From: Malacoraja senta
Taxonomy: Eukaryota
Direction of reading: 5' to 3'
Assembly: GCA_038087875.1 (NCBI GenBank)
Contig: JAXLNO010000174.1
Location: forward strand, 1-64,000
DNA: 64,000 bases
Shown here: positions 36,956-49,402 of the stretch, piece by piece
Layout of the letters: every line of letters starts with the position of its first letter
Numbering within the stretch: the stretch's first letter is position 1
Made by a program: the position numbers and the translations under genes
The notes under the pieces: model-generated
Database searches by the model: none
The model's input: the letters and a program-made list of their open reading frames with translations, nothing else
What the model was told of the DNA's origin: nothing

Positions 36956-38066
36956 GGTACCATATGTACATGTCATCCCATCACTGATTTGTGGATTGTG
37001 TCCAACACGTCTCCAAGATGAGCTTGGCTAATGTTCCCATGATTTCTACCTACTTGCTCTGAGTAATCGCTTCGCCATTCTTGAGTAGGTTGAGGTACGT
37101 ACTTGGCAGATAACTATTCGGCACCTGAATGCGCATGCATGTAGAAAACGTAAGTTAAACTCATATATAACTAAATTAGTACTGGAGCGGGGAGTATTTG
37201 CTGCACCTACATAATACAGTAGCCAGATCACAGCCTCAGTGCCATTCTTACTGTGGGAAAATGTGATATCAATGGCTATTTCTTCTCCTCTCAAGTCCAC
37301 AATAAGTATTTTACCGAGGTGAAAGACAATAGGACGGAGGAACTTGGTGGCAGTCAATGGAAGTGGCTTGAGAGCAGTCAATGTTACCGTCGAAGACGGA
37401 GTGAAGCTAATATCGTGCATGAAGGTAGTCAAATCTCCTGGGCCCGATAAGATATAACCGAGGACTTTGTGGGAAACTAGGGAGGACATTACAGGAGCTC
37501 TGGTTAAAATTTACGAGTCATCCTTAAATACATGAGATGTGCCGGAAGAATGGAACGTGGCAAATGTTGTGCCTCGATTCAAGAATGGCTGAAGGGAAAA
37601 TGGTTGGAACTATAGGCCGTTGAGTTTAACATCGGTAGTCAGAAAGTTACAAGATGACATTCCGAGTGAAAGGTTGTTCTTGCATTTGGATGGGCAAATG
37701 CTGTTTAGGGATAGTCAGCATGGTTCTCTACGTGGGAGGTCGTGTCTCACAAATCTAATTTTTGAAGTCGTGACCAAAAAGTTGACGAGGGCAGCGCTGT
37801 AGATGTTAGAAACATGGCTTGCAAGAGTCAAGTCCAGAGTCAAGAGTCAAGAGAGTTTATTGTCATGTGTCCCTGATAGGACAATGAAATTCTTGCTTTG
37901 CTTCAGCACAACAAAATATAGTAGGCATGTATATAGAACATATCAGCGAGTCCATAAACCAATATATAAATTTATACACACATCAATAATTAAGCAGTTA
38001 AAGTGCAAATAAACAGATAATGGTCTATTAATGTTCAGAGATGTGTTACAGTTGTTTAATAGCCTT

Positions 38067-38600
38067 TCAGAAGGAACTGCAGATGCAGGAAGATCCCAGG
38101 TACACAGAAATGCTGGAGAAACTCACCGGGTGCAGCAGCATCCATGGAGCGAAGGAAATAGGTAACGTTACGGGCCGAAACCCTTCTTCAGACTGATGGG
38201 GAGTGGGAGGGGGCGGGGAAAAGAGAGGAAAAATGACTAACTTCCATCCGGCACTCAAATACACCGGGACCATTTCCGACACTTCCCTACCATTCCTTGA
38301 CCTCACTATCTCCATCGCAGGTGATAGCCTTCTGACCGACATCCACTATAAACCCACTGACTCCCATGGCTATCTAGACCACTCGTCTTCCCACCCTGCT
38401 TCCTGTAAGGACTCCATCCCCTATTCCCAATCCCTCCGTCTACGCGGCATCTGCTCCCTGGATGAGGTGTTTCACAGCAGGGCATCGGAAATGTCTTCAT
38501 TCCTCAGGGAACGGGGGTTCCCCTCCCCTACTATAGATGAGGCACGCACCAGGATCTCTTCCATACCCCGTAACACTGCTCTCTCTCCCCATCCCTCCAG
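38067..38600. mobile_element. Penelope-like element: inverted terminal repeat joined to a plus-strand RT fragment
   Basis: FHPALKYTGTISDTSLPFLDLTIS...YKPTDSHGYLDHSSSHPASCKDSIPYSQ; minus-strand ctgaagaagggtttcggcccgtaacg at about 38164-38192. Confidence 0.8.
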
Positions 38601-39473
38601 AATTTTGTAGGTATACAGCCCTCTCCACACGTTTCTTTATGAAATCTGCAACGCCTGTGGCGTGTTCGTTCAGGTCCGATCCGAGTCCCTGAACATAGCC
38701 CAGACTACAGACTCCAAACAGTCCTGGAGTTGTTCCTCTGCCCCCTTCCACCCTCCCCCCGCCAAGCAGCTTTGTACATTCCTCAGCTCTGAGCGTGCGC
38801 TCTTCAATTGCTGCCTGTATGCTTTCGGAAAGGCATTCGACACGTTTCCGCGTGGTGGGCTGCTCTTGGAGGCAAGATCGCATGCGATTCAAAGAGAGAG
38901 ATAGCGGAATGGTTAGCTAACTGGCTTCATGGAAGGAAGCAGAGGGTGATTGTGAAAGGTTGCTCTTCGGACTGGACGCCAGTGACTAGAGGTGTGCCTT
39001 AGGTTGTGGGCTCATTATTGTTTGTCATATACATCAATGATTTGGATGAGAATATGCATAGCAAGATTTGCAAGTTTGATAATGATACCAAAGTGGTATG
39101 TTTGCAGATAGTAAAGATGGCTGTGAAAGATTTCAGCAGAATCTTGATACATTGGCCAGATAGGCTGAGGACTAGTTGATGGAATTTAATATAGAGAAAT
39201 GTGAAGTGTTACATTTTTGGACGTCAAACCATGGCAGGACGTATACCGTGAATTGGAGGCCTCTGGGGAGTGTTGTAGACAAGTGGAATCTAGAAGCGCA
39301 TGTGCATGGTTCCTAGAAGGTCGAGTCGCGGGTAGATAAGGTGGTCGAAAAGGCTTATGGCACGTTGGTCTTCATCAATCAGAGTATTGAGTATAGTAGT
39401 TGGGAAGTCATGTTGCAGTTGTAAAATACGTTGGTGAGACCGCATTTAGAGTATTATATTCAGTTCTGGGCAC

Positions 39474-39613
39474 TTCTTCTCTTCTTGCGTATGGCGTGCA
39501 CAGCCTAAAGTTGTAGGACCACTTGTTCTATTTGATTTTACTTGATTGTGCACGCCAGGTTGATTGCATTCGTCGAAACAGGGCGGACCACGTGAAGGTT
39601 GCAATCTCCCACC
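39474..39613 (-). mobile_element. Short non-autonomous retroposon (ribozyme head, hairpin body, (GAA)n tail), probably Vingi/Ingi-mobilised
   Basis: 13-bp TSD cagttctgggcac at 39461-39473 and 39614-39626 inside a CR1 ORF2; 11-bp inverted repeat 39492-39502/39547-39557; 3' end GCCATACGCAAGAAGAGAAGAA. Confidence 0.8.
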
Positions 39614-39614
39614 C
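39562..39614 (-). ncRNA. Minimal HDV/CPEB3-like ribozyme fold at the 5' end of a short retroposon
   Basis: Minus strand GGGUGG(P1) GA GAUUGCA(P2) ACC(P3) UUCACGU(L3) GGU(P3') CCGCCCU(P1') G U-UUCG-A(P4) CGAA(J4/2) UGCAAUC(P2'). All helices pair in the HDV nested double-pseudoknot order; the G1 expected opposite the last U of P1' is absent in this copy. Confidence 0.8.
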
Positions 39615-41178
39615 AGTTCTGGGCACCATGTTATAGGAAATTTATTGTCATGCTTGAAAGGGTTCAGCGAAGATTTACGAAGTTAGGACTTGATGGTATA
39701 GATAGGTTGAGTAGAATGGGCCCCGAATCCTTGGAGCATAGGAGGATGAGGGGTGATCTTATAGAAGTGACTACATTCATGAGAGGTATAGGTCGGGTAG
39801 ACGCACATAATCTATTGCCCATATTAGGGGGATGTAGGACCACTAGCAGGGTTGACAGTGGTTAAAAAATGGCAGGTGTTTCTAGGAATAATGCAGAAGG
39901 TGCAAGATCAGTTCATTCCTAGGGGGAAGAAAGATTCCAAGGGGAGAAAGGGACGACCATGGCTGACAAGGGACGTTAGGGACAGTATAACAATTAAAGC
40001 GAAAAAGTACAATGTAGCAAAGATGAGCGGGAAGCCAGAGGATTGGGTCATGTTTAAAGAACAACAGAAGATAACCATAAAAGATGAGGTACGAAGTAAG
40101 CTAGCCAATAATATAAAGCAGGATATTAAAAGCATATTTAGCTATGTGAAGAGGAAAACAAATAGTTAGACCAAAGTTGGACTCTTGAAGACCGAAAAAG
40201 ATGAATTTATTATGGGGAACAAGGAAATGGCAGATGAGTTGAACAGTTACTTTGGATCTGTCTTCACTAAGGAGGACACAAAAAACATTCCTGATACATT
40301 TAACTATAATTATCGGAAATAAATAAATTTCCGCAAAGTAGAAATGTGTCGAAGCAGGACTGAGGGAGAACTTTTTCACTCAGGGATTAGTGAGTACCGT
40401 GAAAACACTGCGGGAGTGGGGTATGGTAGCAAGTTCGCTTCTTATCATTTAGAATTTCCACGGAGCGTGCCTTTATCGCTTAGAGATAGAAACCTACATG
40501 TGCAGCAAGATGTGATTAATAGGTCCAGTGGCAAGCGTGTGCTGGTTGGCCGGAGCCGTCCACGTTCCCGCTGTATGGTTCTTTAATTATTTGAAATGTT
40601 TGACAGTGCAAGATCAAATCTCTTGGATCCATGTAACGATATTTCTAGCGATCTCACACCAGGAACAAAATAAAACAGAAAGGGAAGGAAACGAAACAGG
40701 GCCAGTGTTCATAGCTGGGACGTAGAATGAAGACACGAGATATTGCAGATTGTGGATTCTTCAATCATAATTAAATGTTGGTAGAACATAATATATTAGG
40801 CAGAATAACATAGATCAGGCACCTTCAGTCTTCTTTTCTAGTTCTTGCATCTATGTTTCCTTCGGAATTTTTCTATGTTCATATCGCCTGCGCAAGGCAA
40901 TAATCCTATGAAATCCCGTTGTTACTTAAAACAACACTACAAGATCATGCATACTTCTCGATAGTATCGCATCAAGCATTTCGCTTGTACCTGCCCTTCT
41001 ATTAATATATTTCATGATTCTCATAGTTTTCTAAATCTAAGGTATGTAATATAAAATAAGGAAACAAGGATCCATGCAACAATGTTTATTTATTGGTTCA
41101 GTTCTTTAGTCAATTGTTATACAGAGATGCTTATAAGTGAGCTGAAGATCGGATAAAAGCTTCGAGTCGGAGACTTCA

Positions 41179-41297
41179 TCATTTCTGAACTAGCTGGCAA
41201 CACTTAGTGCGCCTTGGACACCAGATATTTATCTTCTTTTCGCGCGGGACAATACATCTGTATCTGCAACTTCCCGCTTTGCGTTTGCATTTGTGAG
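41179..41297 (-). CDS. Beta-defensin-like gene B, coding exon 2 (highly cationic mature peptide)
   Basis: Acceptor tatttttttcttaaccAG; phase-1 reading (S)HKCKRKAGSCRYRCIVPREKKINIWCPRRTKCCQLVQK-TGA with the same Cys spacing as gene A. Overlapping AATAAA at 41094-41085. Confidence 0.9.
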
Positions 41298-41723
41298 CTG
41301 GTTAAGAAAAAAATAAACATATTTTTAATGCTGCAATAAATTTAAACTAGCAATATGCAAGATTATTCTGCGGGTTGAGCTGAACATGCTTTCCTGCACT
41401 GATTCTTGCTGACCATCTTGTTTTATGGGATCAATGAAAGCGATAGGATAAAGCTGGTGCCAGAAATTGGGATGTGTTTGCCGTCCATGCCGTTTCCGCT
41501 TCATGATTTGATTCTTCAGACCAGTGCTTATCGTGTAACAAATTAACAAATGACATGGACAAGTAAATGAAACAAGTGATGCGATTGTGTTATTTCATGT
41601 TGTGAATGCAGAATTGGGGAATAAACACATAGATACGTGCCGAGACCATATCCGCTGGCACTGTGTGCTTATAACTGACAGGCAGTCAAAATGCTATAAC
41701 TATCTCCGACGACCTATATATAC

Positions 41724-41950
41724 GTGGACACAGTGGCGCATCTAGTAGAACTGCTGCCTCACAGCGCCAGAAACTCGAGTTCGATCCCAACTGCAGGTGT
41801 TCTCAGTGCGGAGTATGCATTTTCTCCCTTTGACCGCGTGGGTTTCCTCCGGATCCTGATGTTTCCAACCAGATCCCACCGACTTGCGGATTTGAAGGTT
41901 AATAGCCGCTGTAAATCACCCATAGTGTATCGTGAATGGAAAATAGGGAT
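41724..41950 (+). mobile_element. tRNA-derived SINE (V-SINE/HE1-like) in the intron of defensin B
   Basis: A-box-like tggcgcatctagt, B-box gagttcgatcc, core gcgtgggtttcctccgg. Confidence 0.7.
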
Positions 41951-42341
41951 AACATTTATAAGGTGCCGTACATGCTCAGTCTATTGACTAAATCAGCGTA
42001 TGCATGAATCCAGTACTGTTGTCGGCACATCATCGGACAATGAAGTATGCCCAATAAATGTCAACTTCAATCATGTCTGCTGAATATTGTGAACTCAATT
42101 GTTCGTTTTATAACCATCTCCCTCTTACACATAGATGATAATATTGAATGAAATCTATTGTTTATCCCAGCCTTACTATTTCCAAGCAGTAAAGAGGGGG
42201 TTTCGCTAAACGTTTATAAAGAATATCTCAAATTCACCCTCGGACAGTGAATTCCGCGAGAGCAACCCGGATTAGGAACCTGCTCATTTGGTCGCGCCAT
42301 CTGTCGAAAGCGTGGTAAATTTTAGGGTATCTCTGGGATCC

Positions 42342-43780
42342 CAGCGGGTGAGGCAGGAGCTTTGGAGAGAAGTAGTGGGTGATATCCTTCTTCAGACTGT
42401 TGTCGGGGGGGGGGGGTAGTAGGCGCGGGCGGGAAAAAAGATAGAAAGTAAGCGAGGACAATAAGACTAGTAGGAGAACTGAGAAGGGGAGGGGACGGAG
42501 GGAAACAGCAAGGGCTATCTGAAATTAGCGAAGTCAACGTTCATACCGCTGAGATGAACACTACCCAAGCGAAATATGAGGTGCTATACCTCTAATCCTG
42601 ACAATGCAGGAGCCCCAGGAGTGAAATGTCAGATTGGAAATGGGAGGGGTAGTCGAAGTGATGAGCAACCGGGAGATCAGCTACGACACGACGGACAGCG
42701 GCGGTGTAAAGCAACGCGATCGTCGAACCTGCGCTTGGTCTTGACGATGTAAAGAAGTTAACACTTGGATCATCGGATGCAGGGAACAATAGACAATAGA
42801 CAATAGGTGCAGGAGTAGGCAATTCGGCCTTTCGCGCCAGCACCGCCATTAAATGTGGTCATGGATGATCAAGCCCAATCAGTACCCCATTCCTGCCTTC
42901 TCACCATATCCCAGTAGATGAGGTTGGAGGAGGTACAAGTAAACCTCTGCCTTACCTGGAAAGAATGATTGGGTCCTTGAATGGCGTCGAGTGTGTAGTA
43001 ACGGGACAGGTATAGCAGGGGAATTGCCGGGGACTAACGGAGAGAACGGTCTCTGCGGAAAGCAGAAAGGGGTGGAGATCGGAAAATGTGGCCCGTAGTT
43101 GGATACCGTTGGAGATGGCGACAATGTCGGAGGAGTATGCTGTATGCGACGGTTGATGGGATGGAAGGCGAGGACAAGGGGGATTCTGTCCATAAATCGA
43201 ATAGCCGGAGGGGAGTAAGAGCGCAGCTGCGGTGATATAGACGAGACCCTAGTGAGAGCCTCATCTATACTGGAAGAGGGAAACCACCGTTCCCTAAAGA
43301 ATAAGGACATCTCCGATGTCCAAGTATGGAACACCTCATCCTGGGCGCAGATGCGGCGTAGACGTAGGAATTGGGAGTAGGGGATAGAGTCTTTACAGGA
43401 ATTAGGGTGGGAAGAAATGTGGTCAGTATAGCTATGGGAGTCAGTAGGTTTGTAGTATATGTCGGTCAATAGTCTGCTACCTGCGATCGAAACGGTAGGG
43501 AGATGTCAGAAATGGTCCAGGAGAATTTGAGTGCCAGATGGAAATTAGTGGTGAAGTGAATGAAGTCAGTGAGTCCTGCATTGGTGCCGGAGGTAGTACC
43601 AGTGCAGTCGTCAATGTAGCTAAGATAGGTTTCGGGGATAGAGCCAGTGGACGCCTAAAGCAGGGATTGTTCGAGTACCCTACAAGGAGGCAGGCATGGC
43701 TGAGGACCATGCGAATGAACATAGCTATGCCTTGGATTTTGAGAAAATGGAAGAAGTCAAAGGAGAAGTTGTTGATGGTA
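42342..43780 (-). mobile_element. Penelope-like element (RT and GIY-YIG-region remnants) in the intron of defensin B
   Basis: TINNFSFD..HFLKIQGIAM, YYKPTDSHSY...SIPYSQFLRLRRIC, LPVAHHF...LLGLLHCQ. Flanking intron homology to gene A resumes on both sides. A small CR1 tail is nested at about 42785-42912. Confidence 0.85.
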
Positions 43781-44032
43781 TATATCTGAGACCTGTCAGT
43801 TTGACGCACGACTGCATTGGAGCATCCGCGGATTGTCTCTGGGACTCAGTACAAACTCGAAATCCAGAAGCACTGTACAGTATATGGAATCGACCATAAG
43901 TAATAATATCTACAGGCCTACTACCCCGCACAACTCAAGCATTAAAACTAATGGACTGACCGAAGACTGACGAGGCTTACATCAAACATTCGGTGGATTT
44001 TAATATAAACAAAGTCCTATGCATCGACTCAC

Positions 44033-44114
44033 AGTTATTTCCGTCGCGGAATCCACCTGTAATCAATTGAGTCAGCAGTAATATTCCAAAAATAATTATA
44101 AAAACATTTCTCAT
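44033..44114 (-). CDS. Beta-defensin-like gene B, coding exon 1 (signal peptide + short pro-piece)
   Basis: ATG at 44114 gives MRNVFIIIFGILLLTQLITGGFRDGNN + 1 nt (82 nt, phase 1), then consensus donor GTGAGT at 44032-44027. TATAAAT at 44192-44186. Confidence 0.87.
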
Positions 44115-44185
44115 TTTCTTTTTTTCCTTGTTCAGGGTCACAGTGCGATGGAGAAAATTGTAAATCCAATTGCATTATTTGCTGC

Positions 44186-44303
44186 ATTTATACTGAGCTT
44201 ATTTGGGACGTAATTTAGCGGCTTTGGGTGCCGTCTGTGCGGGTGGGGCGGGCTCATTGTGATTAATTTGGTCAGGGAGGCGGCTGTCAGTCTGAACATT
44301 CCA
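44186..44303 (-). promoter_or_regulatory. Proximal promoter of defensin B: TATA box, GC box, conserved 18-mer
   Basis: TATAAAT 44192-44186; gggtggggcggg 44241-44252; GTCAGTCTGAACATTCCA at 44286-44303. Confidence 0.65.
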
Positions 44304-47084
44304 CGTTGCCTCAGCTGCCGGCAAGAAGGACCTGTCCGAGACAACTGATTTAACAATAATTGTCTGCGTTTAGGCTTCATCCCAAGATTGCTGTGTCAAA
44401 CTGACGCCAAGCTAGTGCCCGCGTATCAAACGGCTCGACTCATCTTGATCCACACGACATTCGTCCTATGTGATCCTTGCACTGTATTCGGGACTCCTGC
44501 ATCATATGGTAGAATATTGAAAATGTTCACAGATTTAATGACACGATTTAATTCGTAGTGCATCGCAGTTATGAAGATTCACGTCCAGCGTTGTCCATTC
44601 TTGTTTGAATGTTTTCATTTGTCCTTTCTTTACCCACGTTTTTCTCAACTCTATTTAAATCGACGGTGTGATTAAAATTAAATGACATAGTTGCACGCGT
44701 GCACTTTGACTCATCATATCCAAATCGACGACAAAGTATTCACCTATTTCATTCCAATTAGAGACACGTGGTTAGTAGCTTTCTCTCGGTTAGCGATCCC
44801 AGTGCTCGATGCAGATACTTTCAAAATGTTGTGTCACTTTCAGCCTCCACCATTCCTTTAAACGCCATACTGACCAAATACATGCTTCCTGCCTTCCTCT
44901 AAACACTATAATGTTCTAATTAAATCCACCCCCACATATTAAATACTGTTACCAAACGTATTGGCTTCCTGTATTTAACCTCTCGCTGTTCCTCACCGTT
45001 CCCTCTGCTTCTATAAATCCCTTCGTGTCCGCTCTGAAAAAATATAAATGGATCCAATTCCATCTATCCTCTTTCGTTAAAAGTACAGATACAAGTAATA
45101 ACGGAGAAAGTCTCTTCTGTGCACATTCAATCCGATGACAAATTGCCATTGCGTAGTGAACAGAACTACACCCTGTCCAAGTCAAATCAGTGATTCACTT
45201 AACTGGCTAATAAACGCAAAGATACTTTCAACTCATTTAGCCATGTCGGCTGACTTTATTTCTTAATTGAAATGATGATATAGTTTGGGATGAAGATGAC
45301 ATGAGCTGAGAGTTTGCAAATTATATAAACATAGGCTATTAGCGTAGTAGGGAGTAATAGTCACACAGCATGGAAAAGGTCCCTTCGGCTCAAAATGCAC
45401 ATTGCGGACAAAATGCACATTGCGGACAAAATACCAAGATTGACCAGTTGCACTATGCTGTGTTTCGCCCATAGTTCTCATCCCAGCCATGTGCCTGCAC
45501 AATTTTAATGTTAATGCTATCGTACCCTACTGAACTCCCTCCTCTGGCAGCTCGTTCCAAATATCCACCAACCAGGAAAAAAGTTGTCCCTCATATTCCT
45601 GTCGAACCTAATCCTTCTCGCCGTACAAGTATGTCTCATGGTTTCGTCATGTTTCTCCTGTGGGCCAATGGTTGTGCGTTTACGCTAGCTGTTCACATCG
45701 TGATCTTTTCCAGATCTCCGAAAGCACATCGCATCTCCCTTCACTGAAAACGAATACAGTCCCAGACTTCCAACCGTTCCATCAGGCGCTCAATTCCTGG
45801 CAACATCCTTGAAATCTTGTCTGTATTCGTTCCCGCTTATCAACATCCTTCCTGTAGAAGATTGACCACAATTAAACGAAATACTAAAACGTGGGCCCAC
45901 CATATTTTACTACTTACGAATAACTTCTATATCGAATGAAGATTTACCGAACACATTCTTGAACAGCATTTCCACCTATGACGCAACTTTCAGGGAATTA
46001 TGTAACTGCACTTCCAAATAGTCTGCTCTGCAAAATTCCGAAAGGCCTGATCGTTCACCGTGAATGTCCTATCCTAGTTTACATGCAAAACTGCAATACG
46101 TTTCTGCATTTAACTCTAACCATTATTCAGCCCATTTGCCTCACACGTGGATGTCCTGTTGAATTTGTTGGAAAACATCTTTGCTGTGTCGGATGGCATC
46201 CACATTCGAGTGATCTGCAAACTTTACAATAATCTCTTCTGCCATCTCATCCAAATCATTATTAAGGATGGTAGATAACAATGTCCCCGGCACTGATCGC
46301 CGAGGCACGCCACCAGTCACAGGCCTCTGGTCAGAAAAAACCCATTCCATCATCACCCTCTATTTTCTTCCGTGAATCCAATTCTAATCAGTCAGCTAGC
46401 TCTTCCTGGATCACAAAACATCTAACATTCCTGAGCAGCCAACCAAGCCGAACCTTATGAATATTCTTGCAATTCTTCTATTAATGATGAGAAGGGTAAC
46501 CTTAGAATTCAAATATCTGCTATATTTGGTTGAGCAATGGCTCATTGTATGTGATTCCGAATATGATGCATTCTGTGTCTTCTTATTGGGGTACAACATG
46601 CACCATGAATGTTCGAACCATCGTGAATATGGAACGACAGATCGTATAGGGTCTAAAAGTCTATACACCTGGAAAGTAGCAATACAGTGGAAGAGGGTAG
46701 TGAACAAGATTCCCTTCATTAGTCAGGGCGTAGTCATATGATATTATTTCAAATGCAGCTGGGGTTCTCCGTTTAATTTTGGTGTCCATAGTTTCGGAGC
46801 AACGGGGATTGAGACCGGAAGGGCTGCAGGCAAATTTCTGCCAAGTAAGTATAAGTAGTCCAGCTTCACCGGCAAAGACATGATGGGCTGAACGACATAT
46901 GACTGTTGTGCACGATTCAATGTCTCTATCACATCACTCCAGACAGTCCGTTTTATCTCTTGTTTATGGGTAAAAAAGCCATATGTTGGTCGCATTCGCC
47001 AGTGGTCGCTAACACCCACTGAGTGGATAGTCTGCTTCATCTGCGGGCTGTAATACGCTATGATTGGGCACCTAATTTATTCGT

Positions 47085-49402
47085 TAGTTTAGATTAGTTT
47101 AGAGATACAGCACGGAAACAGGTCCTTCGGCCTACCAAGTCTGAATGGACTAGCGATGCCCGCACACACCGAGGAAGATTTACAATTATACCAAGCCAAT
47201 TATCCTGCAAACCTGCGCATATTTTATGTGTGGGAGGAAAGAAGACGTTCCGGAGATAACCAACACCAAAAAGGAAGAAAGATTCCAAGGAAGTAGGAGG
47301 CAACCGTGGCTGACAAGAGAAGTTAGGGATAGAATAAAACTAAAAGAAAAGATATATAACACAGCAAAGAGTAGCCGGAAGCCAGAGGATTGGGAAACTT
47401 TCATAGGACAACAGAAGGAAACAAAACGGCAATACGGGCTGAAAAGATGAAATATGAAGGTAAGCGGGCCAGGAATATAAAGGACAGTAACATATTATTT
47501 AGATATGTTAAGGGAAAAAGAGTAGCAAAGTCAATGTGGGTCCCTTGAAGGCAGACACGGGTGAAATTATTATGGGCAACAAGGAAATGGCAGAATAGTT
47601 GAATAGGTACTACGGATCTGTCTTCACTGAGGAAGACACAAACAATCTCCCAGATGTACTCGAGGACAGAGTATCTAAGGGGGTAGTGGAACTGAAATAA
47701 ATTTTCATTAGGCGAGAAATATTATTGGGTAGGCTAACGGAACTGAAGGATGATAAATCGCCTGGGCCTGATGGTCTGCATCCCAGGGTCCTCAGCGAGG
47801 TAGCTCTAGTAATACTGGACGCATTGTTGATAATTTTCCAATGTTCAATAGATTCAGGATCAGTTCCAGTGGATTGGAGGATAGCTAATGTTATCCCACT
47901 TTTGAAGAAAGAAGCAGGAGAGAAAACGGGGAATTACAGACCAGTTAGCCTGACTTCGGTGGTGGGAAAGATGCTGGAGTCAATTATTAAAGAGGTAATA
48001 ATGGAGCATTTGGATAGCAGTAAAATAATTAATCCAAGTCAACATGGAGTTATGAAGCATGCTTGACTAATCTTCTGAAATCTTTTGAGGATGTGACAAG
48101 TAAAATGGATGAAGGGGTGCCTGTGGATGTACTGTATCTAGACTTTCAAAAAGTCTTTGATAAAGTCCCGCACGGGAGACTGGTGACTAAAATTAGTGCA
48201 CATGGTATTGGGGGTAGGGTGTTGACGTGGATAGACAATTGGTTGGCAGACCGGAAGCAAAGTGTAGGAGTGAACGGGTCATTTTCAGAATGGCAGGCAG
48301 TGACGAGTGGAGTACCGAAAGATTTGGAAGAGGGAGTTATGAGAAACACTAGCAAGTTTGCGGATGACACTAAGCTGTGTGGCAGTGTGAACTGTGAGAG
48401 GATGATAGGAGGTTGTAGGGTGACCTGGACAGGTTGAGAGAGTGGGCAGATGCGTGGTAGATGCAGTGTAATATAGATAAATGTGAGGTTATCCACGTTT
48501 GCGGCAAAAAAAGGGAGCAGATTATTATCTCAATGGGGTTAGGTTAGGTAAGTGGGAGGTGCAGCGAGACCAGGGCGTCCTTGTACACCTGTCACTGAAA
48601 GATAGCTTACAGGTACAGCAGGCAGTTAAGAAAGCTAATGGAATGTTGGCCTTCATAACAAGAGGATTTCAGTATAGGAGTAAAGAGGTTCTTCTGCAGT
48701 TGTATAGGGCTCTCGTGACACCACATCTGGAGTATTGTGTACAGTTTTGGTCTCCTAATTTGAGGAAGGACATCCTTGTGATTGAGGCAGTGCAGCGTAG
48801 GTTCACGAGATTGATCCCTGGGATGGCGGGACTGTCATGTGAGGAAATATTGAAAATACTATGCTTGTGTTTACTGGAGTTTAGAAGGATAATGGGGCGG
48901 ATCATATAGAAACATATAAAATCATAAAAGGACTGGACAAGCTAGATGCAGGAAAAATGGTCCCAATGTGGGTCGAATCCAGAACCATGGGCCACAGTAT
49001 TAGAATAAACGGGAGGTCATTTAGGACTGAGGTGAGATAAAAACGTTTTCACCCAGACAGTTGTGAATTTGTGGAAATTCCTGCCACAGAGGGCAGTGCG
49101 GGCCAAGTCACTGGATAGATTTAAGACATAGTTAGATAGAGCTCTAAGGGCTAGTGGAGTCAAGGGATAAGGGGAGAAGGCAGGCACGGGTTATTGATAG
49201 GGGACGATCAGCCATGATCACAGTGAATGGCGGTGATGGCTCGAAGGGCCGAATGGCCTCCTCCTGCACATATTTTATATGTTTCTATGTTTCTATGTTT
49301 CTAACACAGGACATGGGGAGAAGGTTCAATCTCCGTACAGACAAGCACCGGTAGTCAGGATCGAACGCGTGTCACTAGCACTGTGAGGCAGCAACTCTAC
49401 CG
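47085..49402. mobile_element. Minus-strand tRNA-derived SINE split by a plus-strand CR1 (about 47262-49300)
   Basis: SINE head at 49402-49305 (ctgtgaggcagcaactctaccgc, caggatcgaac) and tail at 47085-47255. The CR1 has NYRPVSLTSVVGK and KFADD motifs and a (TTTCTATG)n tail. Confidence 0.8.

Larger units (their letters stand above)
37170..40295 (+). mobile_element. Old CR1 ORF2 fragments with nested Rex1/Babar, Penelope-like and short retroposon insertions
   Basis: SQHGSLRGRSCLTNL, WLANWLHGRKQRV, LERVQRRFTK; Rex-type pieces at about 37820-38065 and 38605-38825 (minus). Confidence 0.75.

Noticed and set aside
44139..44170. CACAGTG heptamer suggesting an immunoglobulin recombination signal
   Set aside because: No convincing nonamer at 12 or 23 bp and no V/J segment; it lies in the defensin 5' UTR.
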